The notes: generated by a model not told the origin, from the letters alone. A stretch of DNA of 64,000 nucleotides from Polyangiaceae bacterium (GCA_965222375.1 CBDCTZ010000015.1:1152001-1216000), one strand, 5' to 3'; positions 1-10,684 are shown, numbered from the stretch's first letter. Translations and numbers: made by a program.

Positions 1-2397
1 GCCGGCTGCCAACCACGCCGGATCGACGAGGCCCTCAGCAAGACCTTGGCGGAGAGTTGGATCGACGGCGGGCTGCACGATCCAGCCGCGAATACCTGGA
101 TCGAAGAACAGACCACATTGGGGACCAAAACAGTCTGGGTCCCCGACAGGCACATCCAAGAACTGGGTGAACTTGATCCGCCATGCTGTGCTGGACACGT
201 AAGTGTGCGTGTCCCGCAAGCGTCCTTGAGTGGTCAAGTCGCGAGGTGACGTGTGAGGGCTCAAACTCACTCGACTCCAGAAGAGTCCACCAACCTGCAG
301 GTCTCCGCCCTGAGGGAACGGGTGCGCCTCCACGGCGCCTCCCTGGCCTGAAGTGGAGAGGTCCTTGGCGAAGCGCCACGCAAGCATTTCCCGATGACCG
401 ATACGTGTTCGCTCGAGTTCGTCGACGTTGGCGTACGCGATACCACTGAGCGTTGAGGAGTCCGGGTACTTTCCAGCATCAAAAATGTCGCCTGTGAATT
501 CATTCTGTCTGAGGAGCACGTCGCCGCGATTCTCGGCATTCTGAGGGAGTGGCGCAAAGATGAAGGGAGTCCAACCAGGGTAGCTGCTGCCGACGGTTAT
601 TTGCTTCCAATCGGTCTGACCAGTGAATGCATCAAAGGCGGATGGGCACAGTTGCGCCAAGCATTCGCTCTTGGCCAAGAACTTTCCGGTCTGAACGCTG
701 AAACAGTCACAGAACCGAAAACCCGCGACACCAGAACGGGGAGCGTTAGCGATTCCGTCGGGCGAGGAAGGGCTGTCCGCGCGACCGTAGGTCGTGGTCG
801 CGTCGAGGAGGATGGTGTTGCGAACGTTCGAGGCGCCTGTTGGGTTTGGTGGGCCGAACGGCGCGGTGTCGACCGCGATGCGGACCTGACGGGCGATCAG
901 CTGAGGCACCTCGTCGCACACGTCGCCCTCTTCAGGCTGCGACTCTCGAGTTTCGGCAACCAAGTTGGAGTTGGCGGTCAGATTCAGGTTCTTGACGCTT
1001 CTGCAACCGTCGCAGGTGTCTCCAAGGCCATCCCGGTCAAGGTCGGACTGGCCGCTGCAGGTGTTTGCCTCGCCCAGGCACATCGAGTTCGCACCACCCT
1101 GACACGGCCCGCCAGTGAAACAAGGTAGGCGCTTGTTTTCCTTGAATGGACAATTGTCGCAACTCGCGGGGATGCCATCGCCGTCATCGTCGTGGCCCGT
1201 CCCTGCGCCGAAATCCTCGGGGCACGGATCGCAAACGTCTCCTATGCCGTCGAAGTCGAAGTCGAGTTGCAGAGGATTCATGTCTGCAGGGCAATTGTCG
1301 CAGGCGTCGCCGATTCCGTCACCGGTCGTTCCGTTTTCCGTGTCCAGCTGGTTGGTGTTGGCGCACTGACCAATGGAACCTTGCAGGCAGGCGAAGGCTT
1401 TCTTTGGGTTGCAGTTGTCGACTGCATCCCGGATTTCATCTCCGTCCGCGTCAATCAAGTACTGCCGGATGAACGATCCGTTGGCCTCACCGTTGTCCCA
1501 AGTAGGCGACCACCATCGGCCGTCTCCGTCGGTTTCTCCTGCACCAAACTCACCTGCGCTGAATACTCCGAACTGCGTGTCCACTAGTCCGTTTTGGCGA
1601 AATGTAATGGGACCTCCCGAATCAGTGATGAACGGTTGTGAAACACCCGAGGATTCAATCTCGATGACTAGGCCGTCTTCACAGCCAAATCCGAGGAGCC
1701 CACATTGTTCATTGAAACTCACTGAGAACCCGGGGACCCCAAGGTGTCGTGCCGTGCCGTTGTCATTGCTACCGGGTCCTCCAGCCCAGCCGATGATATT
1801 CATCGTGCCGAAGAATGTGCCCTTGGGAAAGTCATTCCAAATCCTGTCAGTGAAGTCGCCCGACGTGTACACGGGCAGTACTCCAACTAGCTCCTGCGGG
1901 CTCAAGTTGCGATTGAGCGTCAGAAGGGCGAGGTCTCTAGTCTTTCCCTTGTCTGTGATTTTGGTGTCCCCGTCACAATTGCCTTTGGTCCCGTGAAAAT
2001 CGAGATAGGTGGCGCCGATGTTGTTCGATCCATTCGGGTTGATGACACCCGGCAGCATGAAAGTGAACGGCCCGGCGGTCGCTTGGCACACACAGTGTGC
2101 CGCCGTGAGTATTAGATCCCTCTGTATCACGGACGCCGAGCAGTTGAAGCCGGTCGTTTGATTCGTAAGGTATCCCACGGCCGCTTCTGGAAGGCTCGTC
2201 GAGTTCGTGACATTGACGGTGAATCCACCCTGGATTGCCTCCTCACGCTGGCTCACAGCGCTGTTGTCAATGTCGCCCGCGCAGCCGGTGAGGCTTCCGC
2301 CAGCAATCACTGCTGCGCTCGTGCCTCCGATGAGCAGCCCGAGCCCGGCGGTTCGATGCAACCAGCGGCCAACCGAACGCGACTTGCGATTCGTCAT
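1..2397 (-). CDS. Trypsin-like (S1) serine protease lipoprotein with thrombospondin type-3 Ca-binding repeats; 3' end runs off the window
   Basis: Absent from the ORF track (no stop in window); translated by hand. [17 protein letters not shown]..., lipobox LTGC, EEAIQGG, LTAAHC, DLALL, TDSGGP, then DxDxDGxxDxCDNC repeats. Frame open to position 1. Confidence 0.85.
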   Translation of the reverse strand, partial: MTNRKSRSVGRWLHRTAGLGLLIGGTSAAVIAGGSLTGCAGDIDNSAVSQREEAIQGGFTVNVTNSTSLPEAAVGYLTNQTTGFNCSASVIQRDLILTAAHCVCQATAGPFTFMLPGVINPNGSNNIGATYLDFHGTKGNCDGDTKITDKGKTRDLALLTLNRNLSPQELVGVLPVYTSGDFTDRIWNDFPKGTFFGTMNIIGWAGGPGSNDNGTARHLGVPGFSVSFNEQCGLLGFGCEDGLVIEIESSGVSQPFITDSGGPITFRQNGLVDTQFGVFSAGEFGAGETDGDGRWWSPTWDNGEANGSFIRQYLIDADGDEIRDAVDNCNPKKAFACLQGSIGQCANTNQLDTENGTTGDGIGDACDNCPADMNPLQLDFDFDGIGDVCDPCPEDFGAGTGHDDDGDGIPASCDNCPFKENKRLPCFTGGPCQGGANSMCLGEANTCSGQSDLDRDGLGDTCDGCRSVKNLNLTANSNLVAETRESQPEEGDVCDEVPQLIARQVRIAVDTAPFGPPNPTGASNVRNTILLDATTTYGRADSPSSPDGIANAPRSGVAGFRFCDCFSVQTGKFLAKSECLAQLCPSAFDAFTGQTDWKQITVGSSYPGWTPFIFAPLPQNAENRGDVLLRQNEFTGDIFDAGKYPDSSTLSGIAYANVDELERTRIGHREMLAWRFAKDLSTSGQGGAVEAHPFPQGGDLQVGGLFWSRVSLSPHTSPRDLTTQGRLRDTHTYVSSTAWRIKFTQFLDVPVGDPDCFGPQCGLFFDPGIRGWIVQPAVDPTLRQGLAEGLVDPAWLAAG

Positions 2398-2431
2398 GAG
2401 TTCCTCCCGACACTTTCGCCCCCAGTGAACC

Positions 2432-2459
2432 ACTCTACGGTTTCACGTAGCACGGTCAA
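2432..2459 (-). promoter_or_regulatory. Putative sigma70-type promoter of the S1 protease gene
   Basis: TTGACC-N16-TAGAGT on minus strand, ~35 nt upstream of the ATG. Confidence 0.45.
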
Positions 2460-3102
2460 GCGACGCCCTGCGCCCAATGGCGCGCGCACCTAGCGGCGCA
2501 CCCGTGCCTACATCGACGCACGGCCGATGCGTTTGTTCGCTGACGGCGGAGGGCAGTTGAGCAAGTTCTGCGCGATCGACCGTTCACCTTTGACAGAGTC
2601 CCTGGTTTCGGAGCGACTGCGCGATCTGGATGAAACGCAAATGACGTCGACGCAGCGGGTTTCGGTCCATGAGCTCAAGCAAGTTTTGGAAGCGTCTGCG
2701 CCCACTAGGGGTTCGGAAGGGACATACCCGCGACGGGAACGTCTACTACGTACGTCTCAGGAACCCCTATTTTTCCGTGAGGTGTGAAAGCTGGTGAATG
2801 ATTGTGAACGGAGCTTGAACTCAGACGAGCGCAATTCTCAGCAGAATTGGACGTTCTCCAAATCGCCCGTCGTTCCAGCGTGAGTGAAACAACTAGATCG
2901 TGGAACGGAGGTTACGTGAACTTCCGCCGTCGTATCCGCCCGCGGACGCTTTGGTCGGCTTAGACTCCTGCCGTGCCGAGCTAGGAACTTGGCGGTTGGC
3001 AGAAGACGACGCTGGTTCGCCACCAGGTTGGCGTGGGTCTTTTCGTCGAGCTCTCGGGTGGCGAAGTGAATGTCGAAATCGACGATACCGGACCGGCACC
3101 GC

Positions 3103-3381
3103 TCAGCCTGCGTCTTGATTCGAACTCCAGATCAATCTGCGGTTGGACGGAGAATGAAGCCAGCGAAATCTGATCTTCTTGTGGCCCCAATCGATGCGGT
3201 ATCCGCCGAAGTCATCCAGGCGATCTTTGATCTGAGCTTTCTCGACAGCGGGGGCCCATTCATTCTCCCACATCATGCGCACGAAGAAGAGCCAGAAGAA
3301 CGCCAGCATGATCAAGGGGACTGCAACACCGAGCGCCGCCCACAGGAAGACCTGGAACGGATCCGAGAAGTACTCACCCAT
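3103..3381 (-). CDS. Small hypothetical membrane protein
   Basis: MGEYFSDPF start lies just after the upstream gene's stop; one long hydrophobic segment. Confidence 0.6.
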   Translation of the reverse strand: MGEYFSDPFQVFLWAALGVAVPLIMLAFFWLFFVRMMWENEWAPAVEKAQIKDRLDDFGGYRIDWGHKKIRFRWLHSPSNRRLIWSSNQDAG

Positions 3382-3382
3382 G

Positions 3383-4765
3383 TCAGTAACGCTGCCCCGG
3401 GGGCGCACCCTTCAGGCTGGCGCCGCCGACGACGGGTAACACTTTGACCTGGCCCCAGAGCTCTTTGTCGAGGGCGCGCATGCGGCGGAAGACTTCGCGC
3501 TCTTTGACGTGGAGCTCTTTCTTCTCTTTGTAGTCTTTGCCGGCGTTGAAGAGTTGGAAGCCGCGGTTGTCGCCGTACACGACCAGCTTGTAGTCACCGT
3601 CGATGATGGCGCGACGTTTGTCCATCAGGTTGCCGCGAGGCAAATCCACAATGACGGGCCGCGGTTTGACTTCGGCGCCGAAGACCTCGGGCACGAGGCT
3701 CACGCCTCTATAACCTTCGACGGAAAGCGACATCAGCTCGGCCATGGTGGGAGCCAGATCGATCGCGCCCCGCGGCGCTTCGATGCGGCGGGGCTTGGCG
3801 CCGGGCACGTGGATGATCAGCGGGACGCGAACCAAGCTCTCCCAGACTTCGTAGGCATGACGGTAGTGACCGCGCTCGCCGAAGCCCTCGCCGTGATCCG
3901 CCGTGATGATCACCACGGTATTCTTGCCCCAGGGCTGCGCCTGCGCCCAATCCACCAGATTGCCCACCCAGCGATCCGTGTAGTGGACCTCGTTGTCGTA
4001 GAGATCGCGCCGCTTGTTGCCGAAGTCCGGCGACTCCTTGTGCTTCACGTAGCGGTAGTGCGGATCGAGGAAATGGAAGTAGGCGAAGAAGGTGCGCTTG
4101 CCGGTGGCGTCGACGTTCTTCGGGTCCGACAACATCTCTTTGGCCAGGACATTGAGGCGATCACTGTTCACGTCATGCACGCCTGTCTTGTCCAAAAACG
4201 TGCCTTTCAACAAACGGTAGTCATCGAAGCCTTGATTCACGCCGAAGGGCGCCAAGAAGTAGCCGTGGCCGTTTCCGGTCAGAGTGCGCACGCCTTTGGC
4301 CTGAGCGCGCTCGCTGATCAGTTCGTTTTCCGGATACCAACGCGTGAAGAAGCGGCCGTCGCGCTTCATTTCGCTCGGGTACCTGCCGCACAGCATGGGT
4401 ACGACACTGTTCGCCGTATAACTGCTGAGAGAGTACGCGCGCGGGTAGAGGGTGGAGCGCTCGGCGAACTTGGTGAGCCAGGGCGCGATGTCCCGTGGGT
4501 ATCCCGCCCAGGGCATATCCGCGCGAAGCGCGTCGATGGTGATCAATAGGACGTTGTAGGGCGGGTTTGGTTTTGGGGGCTTTGGCCTGGTGGGCTCCTT
4601 GGGCGACGGCGAAGCACTCGCTTGGGCAGCCGTTGGCCTCGGCGCTGACGACGCCGGTGTCGGTGGAGTTGGCTCTCGGGTTTGCTCGTTCCGCCCGCCT
4701 GCGCAGTGACCGAGAGACAGCGCGAGCAGCATCGTGGCTATGCGAGCGGTGGAGCCGAACAACAT
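3383..4765 (-). CDS. Sulfatase-like (alkaline phosphatase superfamily) secreted hydrolase/transferase
   Basis: Signal peptide, Pro-rich linker, ITIDALRAD, DPH, TADHGE..H. Probable nucleophile region SSYTANS lacks the CxPxR formylglycine motif. Confidence 0.85.
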   Translation of the reverse strand: MLFGSTARIATMLLALSLGHCAGGRNEQTREPTPPTPASSAPRPTAAQASASPSPKEPTRPKPPKPNPPYNVLLITIDALRADMPWAGYPRDIAPWLTKFAERSTLYPRAYSLSSYTANSVVPMLCGRYPSEMKRDGRFFTRWYPENELISERAQAKGVRTLTGNGHGYFLAPFGVNQGFDDYRLLKGTFLDKTGVHDVNSDRLNVLAKEMLSDPKNVDATGKRTFFAYFHFLDPHYRYVKHKESPDFGNKRRDLYDNEVHYTDRWVGNLVDWAQAQPWGKNTVVIITADHGEGFGERGHYRHAYEVWESLVRVPLIIHVPGAKPRRIEAPRGAIDLAPTMAELMSLSVEGYRGVSLVPEVFGAEVKPRPVIVDLPRGNLMDKRRAIIDGDYKLVVYGDNRGFQLFNAGKDYKEKKELHVKEREVFRRMRALDKELWGQVKVLPVVGGASLKGAPPGQRY

Positions 4766-4920
4766 GTCAATTTCATATCATCCCGGCGTAAGTCCGCGCC
4801 GGTCTTTCGAGTGTGCCCGACCCACTCACATCTGCTTGCTCTACGCGGCACAGAAACGACCCAGCGATGCGACTGGAATCGTCGACCGCTGACGCGCGGC
4901 CAGCCAACCGCTCGCGTGCA

Positions 4921-4980
4921 CCTCTCCCGACGTGAGGTTTTTCGGGGGGTTGATCCTCACGCGGCGTGAGGGCGCACGAT
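4921..4980 (+). promoter_or_regulatory. MerR-type promoter with two operator palindromes
   Basis: TTGATC (4950)-N19-CACGAT (4975) enclosing CCTCACGCGGCGTGAGG (4955-4971); second imperfect copy CCTCTCCCGACGTGAGG at 4921-4937. Confidence 0.75.
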
Positions 4981-4992
4981 AAGCTGGTCATC

Positions 4993-5727
4993 GTGAACGA
5001 ACCGTCGAAGGACAAGGCAGCGTTGAAGGTTGCAGCGGTCGCCCGACGCACTGGTGTTTCGGTGCGGACACTGCACTATTACGAGGAGATCGGTCTGCTC
5101 AAGCCCTCAGCACGCACGCCGGCCGGGCATCGCCTCTACACCCCAGCGGACATCCAGCGGTTGCAGCAAATCCGAAGCCTGCAACAGCTGGGTTTGCCAC
5201 TGTCGGCCGTAGGGAATTGCTTGACCGACGAGCGCTTCGACGCTCGCCAGGTGATCAGCGATCACTTGGCGAAGATCCAAGAACAACGCGCCGACCTGCA
5301 GCGGCTGGAGCTTCAACTTCAGAAGCTGGCAAATCAACTCGCCAGCGACGACCACGGTGACAATGCCCAAACAACCGAAACCCTATTGAACGCATTGGAG
5401 CTAATCACCATGTACGACAAGTATTTCACGCCTGAACAGCAGCAGCGACTCCAGACCCACGCTGAAAGTGGAGAGGAAGCCGTCTCGCCGGTCATCAAAG
5501 AGCTAGAGTCCGCTCGCCAGCGAGGATTGCCGCCGAGCGATCCCGAAACCCAGCGCCTCTGGCAGCGGTTTCGAGAAGCCGTGGAGTTCGTTGCGGGCGG
5601 CGACGCGGAAATGACCGCCGCGATCTACAAGTTGCTGCACAGCGAACCGAAGGCACGGGAGGAACACGGCATCTCGGAAGAGCTGTTCGCATACCTGGGG
5701 AGCATTGCAGGCATCCCGGAGCACTGA
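4993..5727 (+). CDS. MerR-family regulator with TipAS/AlbA-like C-terminal ligand-binding domain
   Basis: MerR HTH (GVSVRTLHYYEEIGLL..HRLY), coiled coil, then LELITMYDKYFTPEQ. Start placed at GTG 4993, downstream of the -10. Confidence 0.85.
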   Translation: MNEPSKDKAALKVAAVARRTGVSVRTLHYYEEIGLLKPSARTPAGHRLYTPADIQRLQQIRSLQQLGLPLSAVGNCLTDERFDARQVISDHLAKIQEQRADLQRLELQLQKLANQLASDDHGDNAQTTETLLNALELITMYDKYFTPEQQQRLQTHAESGEEAVSPVIKELESARQRGLPPSDPETQRLWQRFREAVEFVAGGDAEMTAAIYKLLHSEPKAREEHGISEELFAYLGSIAGIPEH

Positions 5728-5748
5728 CGAGGGACCGCGCAGGCCGGC

Positions 5749-6159
5749 CTATTCGTTCCGTGGCTGGTGTAGCTTGATGGAGAGCAGCCTGCTGTAGCGT
5801 TCGAAGTCCCGGTCAGTCGTGAACACCAGGATCTTGCGTCTCAGAGCGACGGCACAGATCAACAAGTCTGTGCTCGAGCCCTGCACGCCCTTCGAACGAC
5901 AGAGGTTGAAGCAGCTAGCCGCATCCTCGTAGTCCGCTTGCTCGAGCTGCAGGTCGGGAAACGCCCTCAATCGCGCCTTCAGAGCACGATAGTGAGCGTC
6001 GGTCCTGATGCCGGACAACAGCTCCTGACGAATTGGGCCAAGCATCAACACTCGGCCCTCCCGAATCAGCTCGGTGAGTTCGGATGTCGACAGGTTGGAC
6101 TTTGGTTTAGGCCGCCTGAGCGCCAGGGACCACACGGAGGTGTCGACCAGGACGTTCAT
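5749..6159 (-). CDS. vapC: VapC PIN-domain toxin
   Basis: LVDTSVW, QELL, TDLLI, TTDRDF acidic PIN residues; overlaps the antitoxin stop. Confidence 0.9.
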   Translation of the reverse strand: MNVLVDTSVWSLALRRPKPKSNLSTSELTELIREGRVLMLGPIRQELLSGIRTDAHYRALKARLRAFPDLQLEQADYEDAASCFNLCRSKGVQGSSTDLLICAVALRRKILVFTTDRDFERYSRLLSIKLHQPRNE

Positions 6160-6356
6160 TTCCGGCGGCGCTGCTTTTTGTAGTCGTACTTCGGGTCGAA
6201 CTCGAGGCTACCGAACAGGTCGATGACCTTCGCCTGCTTTCGGCGCTGGATGTACTCTGCCAGCGCCTCATTCACCGTGGCCTTTTTGGTCGCGTGCCCT
6301 CCGAGTTTGAGTGCCTCCGAAAGTAGCTTTTCGTCGATTGCGAGGTTGGTGGCCAT
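6156..6356 (-). CDS. vapB: VapB antitoxin
   Basis: MATNLAIDEKLL..TKKATVNEALAEYIQRRKQ ribbon-helix-helix-like, 66 aa, directly upstream of vapC. Confidence 0.88.
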   Translation of the reverse strand: MATNLAIDEKLLSEALKLGGHATKKATVNEALAEYIQRRKQAKVIDLFGSLEFDPKYDYKKQRRRK

Positions 6357-6374
6357 GTGTGAAGTCTTACACAT
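6355..6374. promoter_or_regulatory. Probable VapBC autorepression operator
   Basis: Inverted repeat ATGTGT-N8-ACACAT overlapping the vapB start. Confidence 0.55.
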
Positions 6375-6980
6375 ATGCGTGTGTGAACCAAGCCCGCGGG
6401 GGCTGGGTGGCACACCAATCGGGTCGGGCTTGCCGCCGCGCACGTTCCCCCATCGGTAGCCAGACGACCGAGTTGCTCGAAAAGCGACGTTTGGCGGCGA
6501 GGGCGAAGCAATCACTCGCGCCGACGTAGCCCGGTGAAGCTCGCCGCGGGTCAGCGTAAGACCATCGGCGCGCTGTTGAAGCGATTGGTCGTATGCACAG
6601 GCAGAGAAGACACCCGGTTTCCCGGAATGCGAAGACGGCTGCGCGAACCAGATCACGTCGCCTGCTCGCTGCGAATCAGGAGGCTGCGTCGCTTATCAGG
6701 TCGATCCCCGCGACGAGAGTAAGATCACAAGACGGCCTTATTGCACGCGAGTAGAGCGCTGAGGCGCTGAACAAACGAGCGCGAAAAACTTCCGTGGCGT
6801 CAGCTGCGCCCTTGCTAGAGTTACGCTGCCATGGAAGGCCCCCAGAATCGAATAGAAGAGCGACTGCGTTGCGTCCTTCGCCAACGAGACTGCTCACGGC
6901 AAGGTCGTGTCGGGGAATGGGTGGCGGCTTTGGGTCGTAGAAGACATGCAGCGATGCGTCTGAGCGGGACAGATTGGCGG

Positions 6981-7766
6981 ATGTGGCGGGTTCGGGCGCT
7001 TGCACCCCTAGCCGCTCTGGCCGCAGCCAGCTCCCTGGGCTGCGCGCCGCCGGCTTTCGGGTCCGGCGTGTTCGACTCGCCCCACGCCGCTCCACCGGTT
7101 CGTGCGCCGCAGCCTTCGACTCCGAACGCCGTACGCTCCGTCAACAACGAGGCGCGTCGGGATCGGCCCTTGAGCGAAGAAGAACAGCGCGCGTTGGCCA
7201 GCGGCCAAACCGTGCAGCGCCCCTTCATCGTTGAGCGCGGCGGCCGGCGCTACATCGGTGGCGTGTGCTACCAACGCGTCGACGTCCCTCCCGAGCGGGT
7301 GCTGCACCACTTGTACAGCGTCGAGGCAGTTCCCGAGTGGTTGCCCGACACACGCTCCGCCGACCTCGAAGCGAAAGACGCCAAGGGACTCAATATTCGA
7401 CTAGTGCAAGGCGAAGGCGTCTACCGCGTGGCCTACTCGCTGCGCGTCGAGCGAAAACGGGACGAAGCTCTGTTCTTCTGGCTCGACACCAAGAGCGCTC
7501 ACGACGTCCGAGACGTGTGGGGCGCCTTCCGCGTTGCACCCATGAACGACGACAAGTCGAGTTTGATAACCGTCACCGTCGCCCTCGACCTCGGCCCGAC
7601 GTTAGTGCGAATGGTATTCGAAGAAGAGATCCACGAAACTATCTTGCACATCCCCGGCGACATCCGCCGCTTTGTCGAGCGACAAGAACGCGTCTCCCGC
7701 GGCGTCGAGCTTCGGAAATCCTACGGTGCGTCGCGCGATGTCAGCGTCACGCAGCCTCGTGGGTGA
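6981..7766 (+). CDS. SRPBCC/START-like lipoprotein
   Basis: Lipobox SLGC; VDVPPERVLHHL..VPEWLP pattern. Start uncertain (6954 or 6981). Confidence 0.6.
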   Translation: MWRVRALAPLAALAAASSLGCAPPAFGSGVFDSPHAAPPVRAPQPSTPNAVRSVNNEARRDRPLSEEEQRALASGQTVQRPFIVERGGRRYIGGVCYQRVDVPPERVLHHLYSVEAVPEWLPDTRSADLEAKDAKGLNIRLVQGEGVYRVAYSLRVERKRDEALFFWLDTKSAHDVRDVWGAFRVAPMNDDKSSLITVTVALDLGPTLVRMVFEEEIHETILHIPGDIRRFVERQERVSRGVELRKSYGASRDVSVTQPRG

Positions 7767-7780
7767 TGCCACTTGAAGCG

Positions 7781-8200
7781 TCACAGACTGAACGTCGTCG
7801 GACTCTGCTCGCCTGGGAGAAAGAGGAAGCCGCCAAAAAGCTTGTCGGGCTTGGTGGCACCCTGAACCTGACAACTGGGTGTCGAGGATTCCCACGGCTT
7901 GGCCGCCCCTACTTGGATCAACCAGGCTTCAGGCGCGTCCTCCTCAATCGCCTTGTTTTCGTCGCCTGGGGTACCCCAAACACAGGTAAAGTCCTTGCCG
8001 TCGCCATGAAAGCTCAAACTACAGGTCGGCTGTGAAACGTCCACCTGGTAGCTGGAGCCCAACACGAAGTAGGCGTCGGCACCACCACCGACCATGCTGA
8101 CCTTGAGCGTGTAGCTTCCGTTGAAACGAGCCCAGAGGCTACCGGGTACGCCGCCGGAGCATGAACCGGTCGCGCCACCGATGCCGCCTGCGCTACCACG
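7781..8200 (-). pseudogene. Possible 5'-degenerate remnant of a secreted protein gene
   Basis: Protein-like C-terminal ~140 aa after a GSAGG linker, but no credible start or signal peptide upstream. Confidence 0.3.
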
Positions 8201-8423
8201 CAGAGCGAATCCGCCCCGGCCGCGACAGTCTCCGCCGCGCCGCCCAGCGTTGCGAGCTCCACGCCAGCGCCAGCGGTCAACTTCAGCTGGCGGGCTGACG
8301 ATGGCACAACGCCACTTCCAAACCGCCCCTAGGCGCTTGCAGGCGCGTAGATGCAGTGCCGGTGGCAGGGTCGTCGCTCGGCGCAAGTTGGTGATGCATG
8401 GGATGTGGTATGCGAGTTGACGC

Positions 8424-8996
8424 ATGCCCCGTGCCCACATTGCCGCGATCGCGATCGCCCTAGGTCCAGTGCACGTGGGGTGCTCCTCAAAACCCGCACC
8501 GCAGTCCGAAACCGCAGCACAACCGGCCACCTCTAAAGCGCCCGACGAACCCGCGTCAGCGACCACGGCCTCCGTCGCCCCAGCACCAGCCGCTTCGGCT
8601 CCAGCTCCGAGTTTGTCCGCCGCCCCAACCGGTGAGCGTCCGTCGAAGTTGACTTGTCGTTGTGGGGTGCTGGATTTCGAATCCGACGGACCGCCCAAGG
8701 GAAGCTGCGTGCTGACCTTCGCGGAAAACGGCGCCGCGACGCTTGGGAGCGTGCAAGCCAAGCCGCAGTTCACGGCGAAGCTCGAACCGAAGAAGCGCAA
8801 ACCAGGCGAACGGGTCTACTACGCCTTCGACGGCGTGTTCGAGTTCGAATGCCAAGAGAGCTGGTGCGGTCGCCAAGAGTTGAGCGTGCTCTCGGTCGCC
8901 GAGTACTACTATCGTGTCACCGTAGCCCGTAGCGCCGACGGTCCGCCCAGCCATGTACTTTGGGTGACGTGCCCGCCCCTCCCTACTTCTGGCTGA
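8424..8996 (+). CDS. Hypothetical lipoprotein
   Basis: Signal ending HVGC, Ala/Pro linker, Cys-containing domain. Confidence 0.7.
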   Translation: MPRAHIAAIAIALGPVHVGCSSKPAPQSETAAQPATSKAPDEPASATTASVAPAPAASAPAPSLSAAPTGERPSKLTCRCGVLDFESDGPPKGSCVLTFAENGAATLGSVQAKPQFTAKLEPKKRKPGERVYYAFDGVFEFECQESWCGRQELSVLSVAEYYYRVTVARSADGPPSHVLWVTCPPLPTSG

Positions 8997-9675
8997 TGCC
9001 GCAAGGCGCGCCGGAGTTCAGGTCCAAGTTCAGTTCGAGGGGCTTGGACGGCGCAGTCGACGTTACGGAGGTCGTCCATGAGAGCTCCTGCGCATCGCAG
9101 GTTCCGTCGTCGTCAACATCCATCCACAGGAAGAGAGCTTGGGACGCAGCGTGGACAAAGACGCTGTTTTCAAAGACGATATCAATAGCAGAGCCCTGCT
9201 TCACGGCCGATTCGTGTTGGAAGGTGGACTCGGGCTCGCCCGGAAGGCTCAGTTCGCCTCGAACGCGCGCGCCATCGTAGCCAGAACCGTCCAGCCGAAC
9301 GCGCAGGTCCACTGGACACAGCATCCCGTCGTGCGTGTCGTAGAGATTGTCCAGGCGTCGGTCATAGGGCGACCCCGGACACCCAGCAGCGCGGTAGGCA
9401 ACCCGCCCTGAACAGTCGCAAACGTAGAACGGAGCTGCCGCGGAACATGGTATCTCGCTGACGCAGCTCCAAGCGCTACCGCAGCCAGCTGGACCGACGC
9501 ACCAACCCTTTCCGCACTCTGCGTTGCTCTTGCATCCCGCTTTTGCGGCGCCAACTCCGTTCGTGGGATCGCTATCCGTGGTGCCACCGCAGGCAAGGCT
9601 CAGGAGCAAGCAAGAGGCGATGCCTCCGAGGACAGACCGGATCCAGCGCCAATGGTTGGGCAGGAAGTGCGACAT
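8983..9675 (-). CDS. Hypothetical Cys-rich lipoprotein
   Basis: MSHFLP..LLLSLACGG lipobox followed by a Cys-rich domain. Confidence 0.7.
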   Translation of the reverse strand: MSHFLPNHWRWIRSVLGGIASCLLLSLACGGTTDSDPTNGVGAAKAGCKSNAECGKGWCVGPAGCGSAWSCVSEIPCSAAAPFYVCDCSGRVAYRAAGCPGSPYDRRLDNLYDTHDGMLCPVDLRVRLDGSGYDGARVRGELSLPGEPESTFQHESAVKQGSAIDIVFENSVFVHAASQALFLWMDVDDDGTCDAQELSWTTSVTSTAPSKPLELNLDLNSGAPCGISQK

Positions 9676-9897
9676 GGACGGGCGGCATGAGCAAGGGGCG
9701 TGCCGGCCCGGATCAGCGGGATCCAAGGGATCTTGCATCCCGGGCGGTGGCACACTTGTCTCGGAGGCGGCACAGATCCGGACGGCGCCATCCGACACCC
9801 AAGGCAGGGATGTCGACAGCGGGGAGCGTCGCTTGGCGGCCGCCTTCAAGGCGGAGCTTTCCTCGATGAAGCGCCAACAAGGCGATGGCTAATCGGG

Positions 9898-10671
9898 CTA
9901 AGTGGCACCGGGCAGCGTGAGGATCACGCCAGTCATGGCGCCGCCTATGGCTTCCGTCGTTCGCTTCGGCACATCGATGTGCACTTCGTTGATGAGTTCG
10001 ACGATGTCGCTCAAGACCACGTTGTAGCCGAAGGCCACGCTTCCATGTTCGATGGGCCCTCGTTTGCGGGACGCGGGCTCTTGCCACACGGCGTCGTACT
10101 CGACAAACAGCATGTGCCCAGAATCGACTGTGAGGTACACGCCAAGCTCGACCTCCAAGGCGTGGCTCGAGCCACGCTCTACAGCGGGTGCCGGCGTGAG
10201 ACCGTAGTGGGGCAAAGCTGCCCGCAGGTACGCGCCGGCGCAACTCTGGTCGGCCGTCGCGTCGAGGTTGAGCTCGAGCGCTGGCGTCAACGAAACTTCG
10301 CTGTTGCGATCACCACCGGACCACACATCCATGAACAGATCGAAGTCGAAGTGGTCGCCATCGACCGGCGTGGCGAACGCGCCCCAGTAGTACTCCGCAC
10401 CCGCATCACGTAGGTCTGCGTCGAAACTCTTGGTCGCACCCACGTACAGGGAAACGCGGTCAACGACTCCATAGCCGAGCATCGCGTCGAGGTAACCGGT
10501 CCGGTCCTTTCGTGGACCGCCGATTCCATCCGCGCCGACATAGGCATCCACATCGACGGCGCCGGTGTCCCAAGTCTCGACCGTGTCCGCTGCCCAGGCG
10601 GGGCCAGCCCACGAAAGCAGAGCCGCCACGAGGGCTCCCAAAAGCCGGATTTTCCCAGGCAGGACCCACAT
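9898..10671 (-). CDS. Secreted, probably outer-membrane beta-barrel protein
   Basis: Signal peptide (AWA), alternating beta-strand pattern, Fur-like box upstream. Confidence 0.65.
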   Translation of the reverse strand: MWVLPGKIRLLGALVAALLSWAGPAWAADTVETWDTGAVDVDAYVGADGIGGPRKDRTGYLDAMLGYGVVDRVSLYVGATKSFDADLRDAGAEYYWGAFATPVDGDHFDFDLFMDVWSGGDRNSEVSLTPALELNLDATADQSCAGAYLRAALPHYGLTPAPAVERGSSHALEVELGVYLTVDSGHMLFVEYDAVWQEPASRKRGPIEHGSVAFGYNVVLSDIVELINEVHIDVPKRTTEAIGGAMTGVILTLPGAT

Positions 10672-10684
10672 CCGATCTCTTATT

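Noticed and set aside
35..2493. Short ORFs listed in the first 2.4 kb
   Set aside because: They are shadows of the long minus-strand protease frame.
6580..6762. Cys-rich plus-strand frame (DWSYAQAEK..CEDGC..YCTRVER)
   Set aside because: An in-frame stop lies immediately upstream and there is no start; at most a gene remnant.
8363..8378. Possible sigma54 motif TGGCAGGGTCGTCGCT before the gene at 8424
   Set aside because: Two mismatches at conserved positions and no supporting IHF or enhancer site; could be chance in GC-rich DNA.
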